The notes below the pieces were generated by a model. It searched no databases, was not told the origin of the DNA, and saw nothing but the letters and a program-made list of their open reading frames with translations. This document shows, piece by piece, positions 42,784 to 56,970 of a DNA stretch of 64,000 bases. Position 1 is the stretch's first letter, and the number at the start of each line of letters is the position of its first letter. Both the position numbers and the translations under genes were made by a program. This stretch comes from Octopus vulgaris (taxonomy: Eukaryota), in the NCBI GenBank assembly GCA_951406725.2, contig OX597815.1, positions 193,502,001 to 193,566,000 of the forward strand, read 5' to 3'.

Positions 42784-42814
<31 letters not shown>

Positions 42815-42996
42815 AATGTATATATATATATGTATATATATATCGTGATGCATATATGCTATTTGAATATGGTTAACCCATAAGGGTGGATGCTACTGTA
42901 GTTTGTAGCCCCAGGAAGATACCTCCTCCAGCTGGCTATAGACACACTATCTGTGTCCTGTCAGTATTTGTGAAGGGGAGTCATCCTCCCCGTCTT

Positions 42997-43066
42997 CAAC
43001 ACATGATACACACATACCCGAGTTTCAAGGTGTTTACCTTTCATCAGCGTGTGACAATCATGGTTG
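42997..43066 (-). ncRNA. Type I hammerhead ribozyme, canonical core (duplicate of 10761-10830)
   Basis: Identical sequence; GUA cleavage predicted between 43015 and 43014. Confidence 0.85.
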
Positions 43067-43190
43067 TCGATGAGAAGTCAGATCTCTTCACAAATACATA
43101 TACTTTTTCCAGTGTCGATTTGACACTGATATGGCATATATGCATCACGATGTGTTACCGCTACTGTTTATAACTCGCTCTGAGATTTAT

Positions 43191-44427
<1,237 letters not shown>

Positions 44428-44628
44428 ATAAATCTCAGAGCGAGTTATAAACAGTAGCGGTAACACATCGTGATGCATATATGCCATATCAGTGTCAAAT
44501 CGACAATATATATATATATATACGTATATATATAAAGGTTAATCCAAACGGGAAAACAGAAAAAACAACAACACGTGGAACAATTAAAATATTATTATTA
44601 GGCGCTCAGGAAAAATGGAAGAAGGATG

Positions 44629-44663
44629 GTATGACGTTTCGAGCGGAGCTCTTCGTCGGAAAC
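44629..44663 (-). ncRNA. Minimal hammerhead-like motif (duplicate of 12193-12227)
   Basis: Same sequence. Confidence 0.55.
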
Positions 44664-44910
44664 ATAAGAGAAGGAAGAAAGAAGAAACAAAGATCCCGAT
44701 GTGGGCGAACAGAGGGAAAAAAACGCGACTGGTGTTTACGAAGTACACGTATATATATATGTATATATATATATATGTATGTATATATATATGTATATAT
44801 ATATGTATATATATATATTTCAACAATTGAGGGTAAAATTAATTAATTATTAATCAATTTCACCAAGTGTTCAGAATGCAAAGGGACCATTTAAGGCGAA
44901 TTCAAATTAT

Positions 44911-45267
44911 TACATTATATAAAAGGGCTTAGTAAAATAAATTACTTTGCCGCATACTGAACTCATTAGAAATAGCAGCCAAAAAACTTTTTTAAAAGCT
45001 ATTTCTAATACTTAAAGAAAATCTCTCTCATATAGTGTTTGCTTAATTCAACTCACAAAAGTTTGGGGGTAAGGACATCAAAAAAATCAAATGCAAAGGT
45101 TGATGTCCTTACCCCCAAACTTTTGTGAGTTGAATTAAGCAAACACTATATGAGAGAGATTTTTTTAAGTATTAGAAATAGCTTTTAAAAAAGTTTTTTG
45201 GCTGCTATTTCTAATGAGTTCAGTATGCGGCAAAGTAATTTATTTTACTAAGCCCTTTTATATAATG

Positions 45268-45269
<2 letters not shown>
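44911..45269. repeat. Inverted repeat, ~171-bp arms (one 1-nt deletion in the right arm)
   Basis: Duplicate of 12475-12834. Confidence 0.95.
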
Positions 45270-45300
<31 letters not shown>

Positions 45301-45468
45301 ATATATATGCGTATATATATATATGTATGTATATATATATATGTATGTATATATATATATATATATATGTATGTATATATGTAGGTCCCGGGTTGATTCG
45401 GGGTTAACCACAGTAAGTAAGGTACTCAATACATAGCAGAGTAAAATTAATTTATTATATAGAAGGAG

Positions 45469-45511
45469 TTCTACAGCTAGTACTGTTTCATTCAAGAGAA
45501 ATCTTCAGGAA
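45469..45511 (-). ncRNA. Minimal type I hammerhead ribozyme motif within a palindrome
   Basis: Minus strand ttc-CTGAAGA-t-ttc(tctt)gaa-t-GAAA-cag(tactag)ctg-TA/gaa. A mirror copy sits on the plus strand at 45513-45553. Confidence 0.65.
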
Positions 45512-45764
45512 ACCTGAAGATTTCTCTTGAATGAAACAGTACTTCTGTAGAAGCTCCTTCTATATAATAAAATATGTATGTATATATGTATATATATATA
45601 TATAAGGAAAAAAACACCTTTTATCAATTCAAAATGAACAATTAAATTACACCATCTAGAAAATTACATATAATAGAAATATTAAATATAAAATAACAAT
45701 AATATACCGATGATTAAGTAATGTGCAAAATAATAAACGTATATATTTGGTACACACACACACA

Positions 45765-45796
<32 letters not shown>

Positions 45797-46006
45797 GTTT
45801 AGAAATATTTCAGCTATAAATTTATTTGATCTAATTTGAATCTAATTAACTGAAGGTATATTACAATATTCTTTAACTTCTGTGAACTGACAGAGAGGAC
45901 TAGTGAATTATTAACGTATTTTTACACAAAGTGTTATAGAGCCATTTAAAGTATGGTTGAGAATATATAATGAAGAATTATATAAAAGTCAATAATATAT
46001 ACTTAC

Positions 46007-46016
46007 TTAAATCCAT
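46007..46016 (-). CDS. Probable first coding exon (M-D-L-K) of the intact CD225/dispanin gene
   Basis: aaatATG GAT TTA A|GTAAGT (phase 1) joins |AG ATG at 23636 to give MDLKMENTQ in frame (184 aa total). Implies a ~22.4-kb first intron. Confidence 0.5.
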
Positions 46017-46159
46017 ATTTGTGAAGAGAAGCTGCTGCGTGAAGTGGATTTAGCTATAGAAGAATGAAATGGTATAAGCTGACAAAATTAGTGATATTAC
46101 TTGACTTGCGCGTGAAAATATAACTATTCTACTGGTTGTAGACTTTGGATTGAGTAAAC

Positions 46160-46185
46160 AATAGTTTATATCAGTGACGTCATAA
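46160..46185 (-). promoter_or_regulatory. Putative promoter: CRE palindrome plus TATA-like box
   Basis: TGACGTCA 46175-46182 and TATAAA 46170-46165, ~150 nt upstream of the proposed ATG in non-repetitive sequence. Confidence 0.45.
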
Positions 46186-46335
46186 GTCAACTTCCTAATG
46201 TGAGACGGATACCTGTTTGAAGTTGATATTGTTCTTTATCAAATACTTTGTAACATACATGAGTTCATGCATTGCTTACATGTAAATAAGAGTTATATAT
46301 ATCCGGCTGCTATAACTCTTTATCATTTTGTTATG

Positions 46336-46721
46336 TACTCTTACTCGCTTTACTCTTTTACTTGTTTCAGTCATTTGACTGCGGCCATGCTGGAGCACCG
46401 CCTTTTAGTCGAGCAAATCGACCCCGGGACTTATTCTTTTGTAAGCCCAATACTTATTCTATCGGTCTCTTTTGCCGAGCCGCTAAGTAACGGGGACATA
46501 AACACACCAGCATCAGGGACAAACACACACACGCATATATATATATATACATATATACGACGGGCTTCTTTCAGTTTCCGTCTACCAAATCCACTCACAA
46601 GGCTTTGGTCGGCCCGAGGCTATAGTAGAAGACACTTGCCCAAGATGCCACGCAGTGGGACTGAACCCGGAACCATGTAGTTGGTAAACAAGCTACTTAC
46701 CACACGGTCCACTCCTGCGCC
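46336..46721 (-). mobile_element. tRNA-derived SINE family A
   Basis: Duplicate of 13813-14201. Confidence 0.92.
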
Positions 46722-48274
46722 TATGGTAAACTTACTGAAATATTCTAGATACCACCACTTGTTGTCCGTAATGGAAGGGCATAAGCACGAAGCCGCTTAC
46801 GCCCTTCTACATCTCAACATAACATAAATGAAAATAAAATAAAAAGATAAATACTATTAGCTAAACGGCTGTAATTTTCTTTATAGTAAAGGGGAGACAA
46901 CTTATATGGGCGATGCATGCTAGTGGAAGTTACCTCCGAAATATAACGCTGAATCTGACATCCTAAATAGCCAGCAAAATTCCAAGTAGTCTTAATACTA
47001 GATGAATAAGTAAAGGTCTACACGTTCCTAAATATATCCTCCCTCATAGGCACACGTGGGGGCAAAATTGCAAAAGACCCAAACATTTAAGCGATTAAAA
47101 ATTAAATCACTTGCTAATGACTACCAAGGTTACAAACTCCATGTTCCACCACTGCTTACTAAATCTCTCTTAATCTCTATATATATAAAGCTGAAGTTGT
47201 CTGTGTATGGCAGGTTTGGCAGCCTTCAACTAATACTATCTCCTCCGAGACACTGTAGTAGTAGTAGTAGCGCAAGTTGACCAAAATTAGTAGAGTATGT
47301 AAGAGTAGATAAAAGGAATAGAAAGTACCAGATAATTGACTTTACAATCCCAAATGATGTAAAAATTAATATGAAAGGTATAGCAAAAATAGTGTTGTGA
47401 ATGGTCAGGGACACTTCTATGACCTACTTTGCTTGGGGTGGAGTCTGAAAGTCTGGAATACAAAGTTATAGTCCTTTGTTCACGGAAGAGTGATGGCTTT
47501 TGGAAGGACCCCTACCCTTTTGCCGGTCTAGAAAGGGTCAGAGAAACTACCTTATAAAAAGGAGCTGTGAGTCTGTAAGTCAGTTCCGGCCGGAGAGATT
47601 GAGAGACAGTCAGGATTTGGGATTCAAGGCGAACAGTTGGCCGGAAACTCTGCTAGAGACGAGTCAGTCGAGAACAGAGCAAGTAACAGGTTGTTTTCTG
47701 CTGTGACAGATGAAAGACAGGGAGGATTAACGAACTAAGAGACTGCAGCGAGAGGGCTTGGCAATTACAGTAGTAATTTTCTGAAATTGTTGCAGACGGA
47801 AAAGGAACGTCCGGTAAAGTTTTGTTTGTGTTAAATTATGTTTTCATATGTGAAGAAAAAGAAGGAAAGAGTTGTGGTATTTATGTAAAAAGAATTGTAT
47901 TGATACGTGTTACGAAAAAGAAAGAGAAAGAAGAAAGAGAGAAAAAAAGAAAGACTCTGATATAGTCTTTATAGACTGAAAAGAACTCTGAACTTATTTG
48001 TCTATGAACATTGTATATGCCTTTAATGTGATTTGAAACAGAACTGTTGTCTCCGGACTGTATAATGTATTGACTTGTTGTTTACTTCGACGTGTACTCT
48101 TTAAATGCTGTTGTTATTGCATTTGATGTGTTGTTACTTGCATGTTTAAATGCTTTGATGTATCTGATATGTAATTGATGTTGTAACAGTTATTAAGTGT
48201 TATAAACTAGTACAGGATTGCCTTGCCCTCTTTGTGTTGCCTCTGTGTCTCTTCTTGCTGCTGCCTAGTTGGCA

Positions 48275-48518
48275 TTGAATTACAGAGACAATGGAAAGTA
48301 CGAGTAAAATGTATCCCAGTATAGGGGCATTGGGAACTATCCCTAAAGATTTAAACATATGGATAGAGGAAATAGGCTTAAAACCCAGTGTAGTACAGCT
48401 GCAGAAAACAGTGTTATTAGGGACAGGTAGGATACTTAGGAGGGTTCTTGGCATTTAAGGTTACTTGGTGTAGCCCGATGTTAGGTTTTTCCTTTTCCAT
48501 CAGTCTAATCTGTTGAGG

Positions 48519-48583
<65 letters not shown>

Positions 48584-48607
48584 CGATGATGGTGGTGGTG
48601 GTGGTGG

Positions 48608-48661
<54 letters not shown>
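48275..48661 (+). mobile_element. R4/Dong 3' end with (TAA)n/(TGA)n tail
   Basis: Duplicate of 16110-16496. Confidence 0.75.
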
Positions 48662-48662
<1 letters not shown>

Positions 48663-49178
48663 GGCACAAGGTGTTATTAAACTTTCTTAAGTCATAAAGC
48701 CACAACATAATTTTTGACGAAGAGTTTAATGCTTTATTTCATTGAATGTTGATTACATATAATGTACAAGGTGATTTATTGGTGCGTTTACAAATGTTAA
48801 AATGCTATCATTTCATTTAGTTATAAACGTATTAGTTAAAATGTAGAATCATCTTTATTAGGGTAAATACTTTGAGATGTCATTTTAAAACGAATAACAT
48901 AGGCTAAAGTTTAATACATAAATTGAAAATGGAATTAATTATTGTATAATTATTTCAAGGTTTGTCGTGAACTCCACGTCTTATTCTGTGACGATATCAA
49001 AAGAAATATCAAACCCCTTGTTGGCCAAGAATATTTAAGGATGAAAGCAACGACACATATTCTTCTACATTCGTGGTCAATATTTGAATTTAATTTTCAC
49101 TACTGACCTTTATCACTAGAATTATCTAAAACATCACGCGGGACAAAGGCTCGAGTGGAATTTTGTCTGTCATTATGT

Positions 49179-49408
49179 ATTTCTTTACTAACCACAAAGG
49201 GCTAAACACAGAGAGGACAAACAAAGACAGACAAACGGATTAAGCCGATTATATCCACTCCAGTGCGTAACTGGTACTTATTTAATCGCCCCCGAAAGGA
49301 TGAAAGGCAAAGTCGACCTCGGTGGAATTTGAACTCAGAACGTAGCGGCAGACGAAATACTGCCTCGCATTTCGCCCGGCGTGCTAATGTTTCTGCCAGC
49401 TCGCCGCC
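49179..49408 (-). mobile_element. tRNA-derived SINE family B
   Basis: Duplicate of 17013-17242. Confidence 0.9.
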
Positions 49409-50392
49409 TTTGTGTTTTGATTTATTAGATTTGAAAAAGGACATATTGTATATTAAAAATTGCATTTGCGTAAGTTTAATTCTTCCATTATAAGTATTGA
49501 ATAGCTGTTTATAGCAAAACTAAAAGATTTCATGTTTCAAAACTCTGATGTTGTAGACAAAATATGATGCCAGATCTGGATTCAGAAGGCCAAAATTTGC
49601 TAAAAATAATTGATAAACCTTGTGCCAGAACATATGTGTTGACCAGTGTTATAAAATGCATGTTGATTGGAGCTCTCGCTGTATCTAAACAATAATTCTA
49701 AGAGTATTTTATATGATTAGACTTAAACATGAGATAAAGCAAAATTGAAAACACTTCATTAAATATGAATCTTCTGAATTTTCTAATGCCTTCTTTCAGT
49801 TATGGACAAGACTACTAATTGTAGTAAACTGTTGTCTGTTGAGTAACTGCTTAAAGCTATCAGTACAGTATAAAGGATAACTGTAATGGTACCAACAAGT
49901 AATGATATTTTGATAAATTTTCTTGCTTGGTTGTTAGCTTCCATTGCACACGCTGTATCTCCATTTCAGGCCATTGAGTTTGCCTAGAAGATAAAAAGGA
50001 AAACAAGCTAATAAACCTCAAAAGCAGCGAATATATTTTGGTTTCAAATGTTGCGATGGTGAGTAAGTCGATTACATGGGCTCCAGTGCTCAACTGGTAG
50101 TTATTTCATCGGCTCCGAAAGGATAATAGGATAATAGGTAAAAATCGATATCTGCAGGTTTTAACTTCGAACATAAAGACGGACGAACGAAATGCTACTA
50201 ACCACACTGCCAATATATATATATATATATATCTGTCGTAAGAAATTTGAAAAGTTAAACGCGAAACCGGTCTTTCTTCTAAACTATCATTGTAAGGAAA
50301 AAAATTTTTTTATATTCTTCAGACATATTGACGCAAATATATATATTTTTTAACCTTTAAGCCTTTTGTAGTTTTTTTCACTTTTTACTATT

Positions 50393-50436
<44 letters not shown>

Positions 50437-50680
50437 ATTTATATATGTTACATATATATATTTTATTAACATATTTTTATCGTCCTTTAATCGGAGAAAT
50501 TACCAAAGATTTCTAATGTCGTTTCTTCACACTTCACTTTTGAATTTACTTTTTTTAAATTTGTATAACTATGAAAACTTGTATAGAAATAATCGGTATA
50601 TGGCTTAAACTTGTTAAACACACTTCAACAAATTAATTCATATTTATGTAATGGAGGAGATAAGATGTTAGAACGGATTA

Positions 50681-51071
50681 TCTCTATATATATAAAGCTG
50701 AAATTGTCTGTGTGTGGCAGGTTTGGTAGCCGTCAACTAACACTATCTCCTCCGAGACCCTGCGGCACAAGTTGACCAAAATTGAGAGTATGATAGAAGA
50801 AGATTTGCTCTTCATTCCGTAGAAGAAAAAAATTAACACCAAACATGTTAACACCAAAAATTATTTACATCAAAAAGGTGCTTTTATTCTAAGAAAATCC
50901 TTATTTTTTACGTTTTTTTACTGCTCTGTAGCCATTTTTCGGTGTATTTCAACCAGGAAAATGTTCACTTAAAGAGAATAACAAGCTACATAATGCAAAA
51001 TTTTTACTTTTCAAAAATTCCAATTCTAAAGGGTTGAAACAAACCCGAGCAACGCCGGGCGATACTGCTAG
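50681..51071 (+). mobile_element. Non-autonomous Helitron (duplicate of 18513-18902)
   Basis: TC...hairpin...CTAG between A and T. Confidence 0.85.
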
Positions 51072-51187
51072 TAGTTTTAAATTTTCATGTTTTTCATTTT
51101 TCATGAAAAATAAAAAATCTATAATCCATTTTAACATCTAATCTTCTCCATTACATAAATATGAATGAATTTGTTGATGTGTGTGTG

Positions 51188-51228
51188 GAGAGAGAAAGAA
51201 AGAAAGAAAGAGAGAAAGAAAGAAAGAC

Positions 51229-51275
<47 letters not shown>

Positions 51276-51770
51276 CAGAAAGAAAGAAAGAAGTAAGGAA
51301 GGAAGAAAAGAAAGAAAGAAGGAAAGGAAAGAAAGAAAGAAAGAAAGAAAGAAGGAAAAATAGAAGGAAAGAAAGAAAGAAAGAAGGAAAGAAAGAAGAA
51401 AAGAAAGAAAGACAGAAAGAAAGAAAAAAAAGGAAAGAAAAAAAGAAAGAAAGAAAGAAGGCAGGAAAGACAAAAAGAATGAAGGAAAGAAAGAAAGAAG
51501 GAAGGAAAGAAAGAAAGAAAAAGGAAAGAAAGAAAGAAGGAAGGAAAGAAAGAAAGAAAGAAAGAAGGAAGGAAGGAAAGAAAGAAGGAAAGAAAGAAAG
51601 AAAGAAAGAAAGAAAGAAGGAAGGAAGGCAGGAAGGAAAGAAAGAAAGAAGGAAAGAAAGAAAGAAAGAAAGAAAGAAGGAAAGAAAGAAAGAAGGAAAG
51701 AAAGAAGGAAGGAAAGAAAGAAAGAAAGGAAAGAAAGAAAGAAAGAAAGAAGGAAGGAAGGCAGGAAGGA

Positions 51771-51842
<72 letters not shown>

Positions 51843-51862
51843 AGGAAGGAAGGCAGGAAGGA

Positions 51863-51906
<44 letters not shown>

Positions 51907-52098
51907 AGGAAGGAAGGAAGGAAAGAAAGAAGGAAGGAAAGAAAGAAGGAGAGAAAGAAAGAAGGAAAGAAAGGAAGAAAGAAAGAAAGAAGGAAGGAAG
52001 GAAGGAAGGAAAGAAAGAAAGAAAGAAAGAAAGAAAGAAATAAAGAAAGAAGGAAAAAAAGAAGGAAGGAAGGAAGGAAGGAAAGAAAGAAAGAAGGA

Positions 52099-52142
<44 letters not shown>

Positions 52143-52253
52143 AGGAAAGAAAGAAAGAAGGAAAGAAAGAAAGAAAGAAGGAAGGAAGGAAAGAAAGAAA
52201 GAAAGAAAGAAAGAAGGAAGGAAAGAAAGAAAGAAAGTAAGAAAGAAAGAAAG

Positions 52254-52319
<66 letters not shown>

Positions 52320-52345
52320 AAAAAGAAGGAAAGAAAGCAGGAAAG
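51188..52345. repeat. (GAAA)n/(GAAG)n polypurine tract
   Basis: Directly visible. Confidence 0.97.
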
Positions 52346-52946
52346 GTTGACAGCTCACGTTAGGTGTAGTGAACCTCATTCCTCTCCTAAAGCATCGATT
52401 CCTCCATCCATCTATCTATCCATAAATCGGTCCTAAACACGCGAGAAACAATGTCTCCTTCGCGGCAATCTAACACAATAAGTTTGTGACCACAAAATAC
52501 TTATAGAAGACTTGAACTCCCAAATCTTGGCATCATAGTTTAATACCGAATCTCAGTTATTTGCTTTGTAATATAAAACTAAGAAATTTATGAAACGCAT
52601 GACTTTTCAAAGTGAAATACTAGCTTTTTACATAATTTTGGCACTAAAAAGTTGAATATTTATAAGTCAAATTATTGGATACGCATGGACTTCCTAGCAA
52701 GGAATGTCCATATTCTACTTACTCTGTCTGCGTATACTATCGCCACAATGCCAGTCGGAAGGAAGCAGAACAGGGTGACAAAAATTGCCGCAATCAGTTG
52801 ATTTTTTTGAGGTTCTTGTCTTCCTTGGTTTATCTGCTGAAACAGAAATAAAGGAATAGATGAATGCAAAAGCATAATTATCTTTGGGTTAATATGATAA
52901 CAGCGATGATACTGTTACTACTAATACTACTACTACTACTACTATA

Positions 52947-53036
<90 letters not shown>

Positions 53037-53069
53037 TAATGATAATGATAATAATAATAAATAATAATG

Positions 53070-53115
<46 letters not shown>

Positions 53116-53195
53116 TAATAACAATAACAACAACAACAATAATAGCAATAATAATAATAATAATGATAATGACAATAATAATAATAATAATGATA

Positions 53196-53259
<64 letters not shown>

Positions 53260-53649
53260 TAATTATAATAATAATAAGAGCACTCAAAGAGCGCAAATCT
53301 CCGCCAAGACAACACCAACGTTCTCTCAACGATTAGCCGGATATGATTTTTAAAATCAGAATATCGGAAATAAACTCGTCTGCTTTCACAAACGAGAATA
53401 CTAGAAAATGAACCCTACCACTTTCAAAATTAAGTTAAAAGACCAGAAAAATAATCCAGAATCCTTGTCCGGCACCGGATCGATCCCAAAATCTAATCAT
53501 TTTGTGCCAGTCATAAGGCAAAACAGCCCTGAAAGTTTCAGCCGAATCCATCCAGTTGTTCTTGAGGTATCTTGCCCACGGACAAACAAACAAGCAAGAC
53601 TGAACACGATACCCACGCCTTCGCTAAGTCGGAGGTCATAATAATAATT

Positions 53650-54045
53650 CGTTCTACTATAGGCACAAGGCCTTAAATTTTGTGGAAGAAGACCAGTCGA
53701 TTACATCGATCCCAGTACGTGACTGGTACTTAATTTAACGATTCCGAAAGCTATGAAAGGCAAAATCGACCACTGCAGAATTTGAACTCAGAACGTAGCG
53801 ACTGGAGAAATACCTATTTCTTATCTACCCACAAGGGGCTAAACACAGAAGCGACAAACAAGGACAGACAAACGGATTAAGGTGATTACATCGACTCCAG
53901 TGCGTAACTGGTACTTAATTTATCGACCCCGAAAGGATGAAAGGCAAAGTCGACCTCGGCGGAATTTGAACTCAGAACGTAGCGGCAGACGAAATACCGC
54001 TAAACATTTCGCCCGGCGTGCTAACGTGTCTACCAGCTCCCCACC
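53650..54045 (-). mobile_element. tRNA-derived SINE family B dimer
   Basis: Duplicate of 21500-21895. Confidence 0.88.
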
Positions 54046-54332
54046 AAAAAACCTGGTTTTTCTGCCGACTATTTTGGCCATTTCTATTAAACCCTCTTTC
54101 CGACCGCTACTAGTTTCATCACATGTTTGAGTCCAGGTTATATTAATTTCATTGGAAAAGTAAAATCGATTAATTTAAGTCTTTTACTTTTCCAGGTGCT
54201 CTCATCACTTTGTAGTTAAGAAATTCACTTCAGAACCAGAGGTCTTCAGGTTTTATACTACTCCACAGCACCTTGATCAACATGAGACGACACTCTGCCA
54301 TAGTTTTCAGTTGAAAAATAGCTTGTCCTGAA

Positions 54333-54610
54333 GGCGGCGAGCTGGCAGAAACGTTAGCACGCCGGGCGAAGTGCGTAGCGGTATTTCGTCTGTCGCAACG
54401 TTCTGAGTTCAAATTCCGCCGAGGTCGACTTTGCCTTTCATCCTTTCGGGACTTAATCCGTTTGTCTGTCCTTATTTGTCCCTTCTATGTTTAACCCCTT
54501 GTGGGATAAATTAAGTACCAGTTACGCACTGCGGTCGATATAATCGACTTTATCCGTTTGTCTGTCCTTGTTTGTCCCTTCTGTGTTTAGCTCCTTGTGG
54601 GTAGTAAAAA
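54333..54610 (+). mobile_element. tRNA-derived SINE family B with an extra internal ~50-bp SINE segment
   Basis: Duplicate of 22183-22410 plus an insertion at ~54451-54504. Confidence 0.88.
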
Positions 54611-56135
54611 AAGGAGAAAAAAAGAAAAACAGCTTGTCAGTTGAATTTAGTTGGTTGAAACCTGCCATGCGCACGCACAAATGCACACATGCATATGCGC
54701 ACACATGTACAGGCATAGCATGTCATATGCTTTTAATATTCTCCTTAGCAAGGTAGTTCAGTACAAAATGTCGGCTACTCAATACATAAACATCGATAAA
54801 ATAAATCGCAGGCTAACACGTTCATCTTATGATGGTATGAATTTTCTTAAAGCTAGTTCGCTTGCATAGTCACACTTGGATGACTGAAACCAGCTAGAAC
54901 ATAAGATCTCAGAGATGTACTTGCATAGCGAGTGACCTGATCTGAGATCGAGTGCTGGAACGAAAACAATTGCAGCGTGGAAGGTGTTTATAAGCCATTT
55001 GAAGAAACACACATTTAAGAAAATATTTTGACAAATTAAGAGTTAGACAATTAGCCGGTGTGTCTAACTCTTGTGTGATATTGGAATTATCTTGTATGAA
55101 AAGGTATAGTATTTGAGGCTATGATTATGTTCCGGTGGCTATCAGAATCATAGTAAGATGACAGAAGGGCAAGAAGGAATTGGGCCGTGTACTGCTATGT
55201 ATGATTTTCATAGTATCCATTGGCACGCATATAATTCAAACTTATTGTCAGTTGTGGATATTATTTTCAGAATGACTTATTTTATGAGTTACGGAGATGT
55301 ACTTGCATAGCGAGTGACTTGATCTGAGATCGTGTGCTGGAACGAAAACAATTGCAGCGTGGAAGGTGTTTATAAGCCATTTAAGAAACACACGTTTAAG
55401 AAAATATTTTGACAAATTAAATTTAAATGTTGAAGTGAATCTAACGGTTTTTGTGTGTTTCTTAAATGGCTTATAAACACCTTCCACGCTGCAATTGTGT
55501 AAGATCTCAATTTTAGGATATATATTTGTGTAAAACAGTAAAAACTGAAATCAAAAGAAAACATGTTTACTTACAATAATAGTTTGTTGTTGTTGTTGTT
55601 GTTGTTGTTGTGGTTGTTGTTGCACTGGAGGGTAACCATATCCTGGGGTATATCCAGGTTGTGGTGGATATCCCGGTTGTGGTGGATATCCAGGTTGTGG
55701 TGGATATCCAGGTTGTGGTGGATATCCAGGTTGTGGTGGATATCCAGGTTGTGGTGGATATCCAGATGCAGGTGAGAATCCAGAGTTTTCATAGTATCCT
55801 GGTGGAGTATCGTTAGATTTCTGAGTGTTTTCCATCTCTGTAAAAGGAAATTAGATTCCACGAGATAATTTCGAAGTGTACAATCCTCACAAAATTATTT
55901 AATCAACAAATTTTAGATGAGTGTAATGTGAATTGAGTGTATTTAGTGATTGATCACTTTACAATTGTGAGATTATATTTTGGTAGAGATGCTGAAATAA
56001 ATGGTCGGCCCGAGGCTATAGTAGACGACACTTGCCTAAGGTGCCACGCAGTGGGACTGAACCCGGAACCATGTGGTTGGTAAGCAAGCTACTTACCACA
56101 CAGCCAAGCCTGCCATTTTGGGGTTTCCTGGTATC

Positions 56136-56939
56136 TGATGTAGGTAGCAATCAGCCCCTTCCGCTATCATTTTAGGGTACCTATGACAACTGGTATTGCT
56201 TTAGTCTTCAGGTTCCACATTTTCCTAATTTCAATTTCAAGATCTTTATACTTGCTCAGTTTTTGATAGGTTTTGATAGATACGCTTATATCGATTGGGA
56301 CAGTCATATCAATGAGGAGGCATAATTTTTATCTGAAGTCTTTCGATATGATGTCCTATATCCTATTTGCATCTATCTTTCTGTATATCTATCTTGAATG
56401 GTGAAGTTCCAGAGGAGTGAGACGTGATCATTTTCAAGCACTGGAGGTGGTTTGTGTTCCCACTAGTTTTTGTCATGGGGTAGGTCCACGTTTTTGCATA
56501 TTACTCAGTGAATATATTGTGCAGCTCAATCATGTCTGCTGAGATACACTGTAGGCGCAAGAAGACTGCACATGAAGACATGATCAATGGTTTCATTTTG
56601 TTGTTGACGTATACGACATGTTGAGAATCTGCTGTTCTTTAATATGTTGGCCTGGTAGTTTCTTGTAGGTAAGCATTGATCTTAGGCTGCTGTGATAAAC
56701 CCTTCTGTTTCTGATTTTAAGCCAGAAGCCATTAGCCATTGGTGAGTAAGGGCTTTGTCAACATCGCCATTATTAGTTCTCTTTGGGTATTTGCCATTGA
56801 AAGGCTTTTCTTGTCATTCATCCGTAAGAATATCTAAGGCAGCAGTTTTAGTACGGGTTTTCATACGCTTAGCTTTTTTTCTGCTTGTTTCTAGTACGTC
56901 AAATTCTGGAATTTGTATTTGGATTTCACGCTGTTATTA

Positions 56940-56970
<31 letters not shown>

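Larger units (their letters stand above)
49815..55837 (-). pseudogene. CD225/dispanin-family gene, disabled copy (exons 55575-55837, 52723-52836, 49815-49983)
   Basis: The first two exons translate identically to the intact copy. The last exon has ATG GCC TGA (stop 49968-49966, versus CGA at 17801-17799) and an extra base at 49849. Confidence 0.75.

Noticed and set aside
49966-49968. In-frame TGA as selenocysteine
   Set aside because: The paralogous codon is Arg (CGA), not Cys; no SECIS recognised; a frameshift follows.
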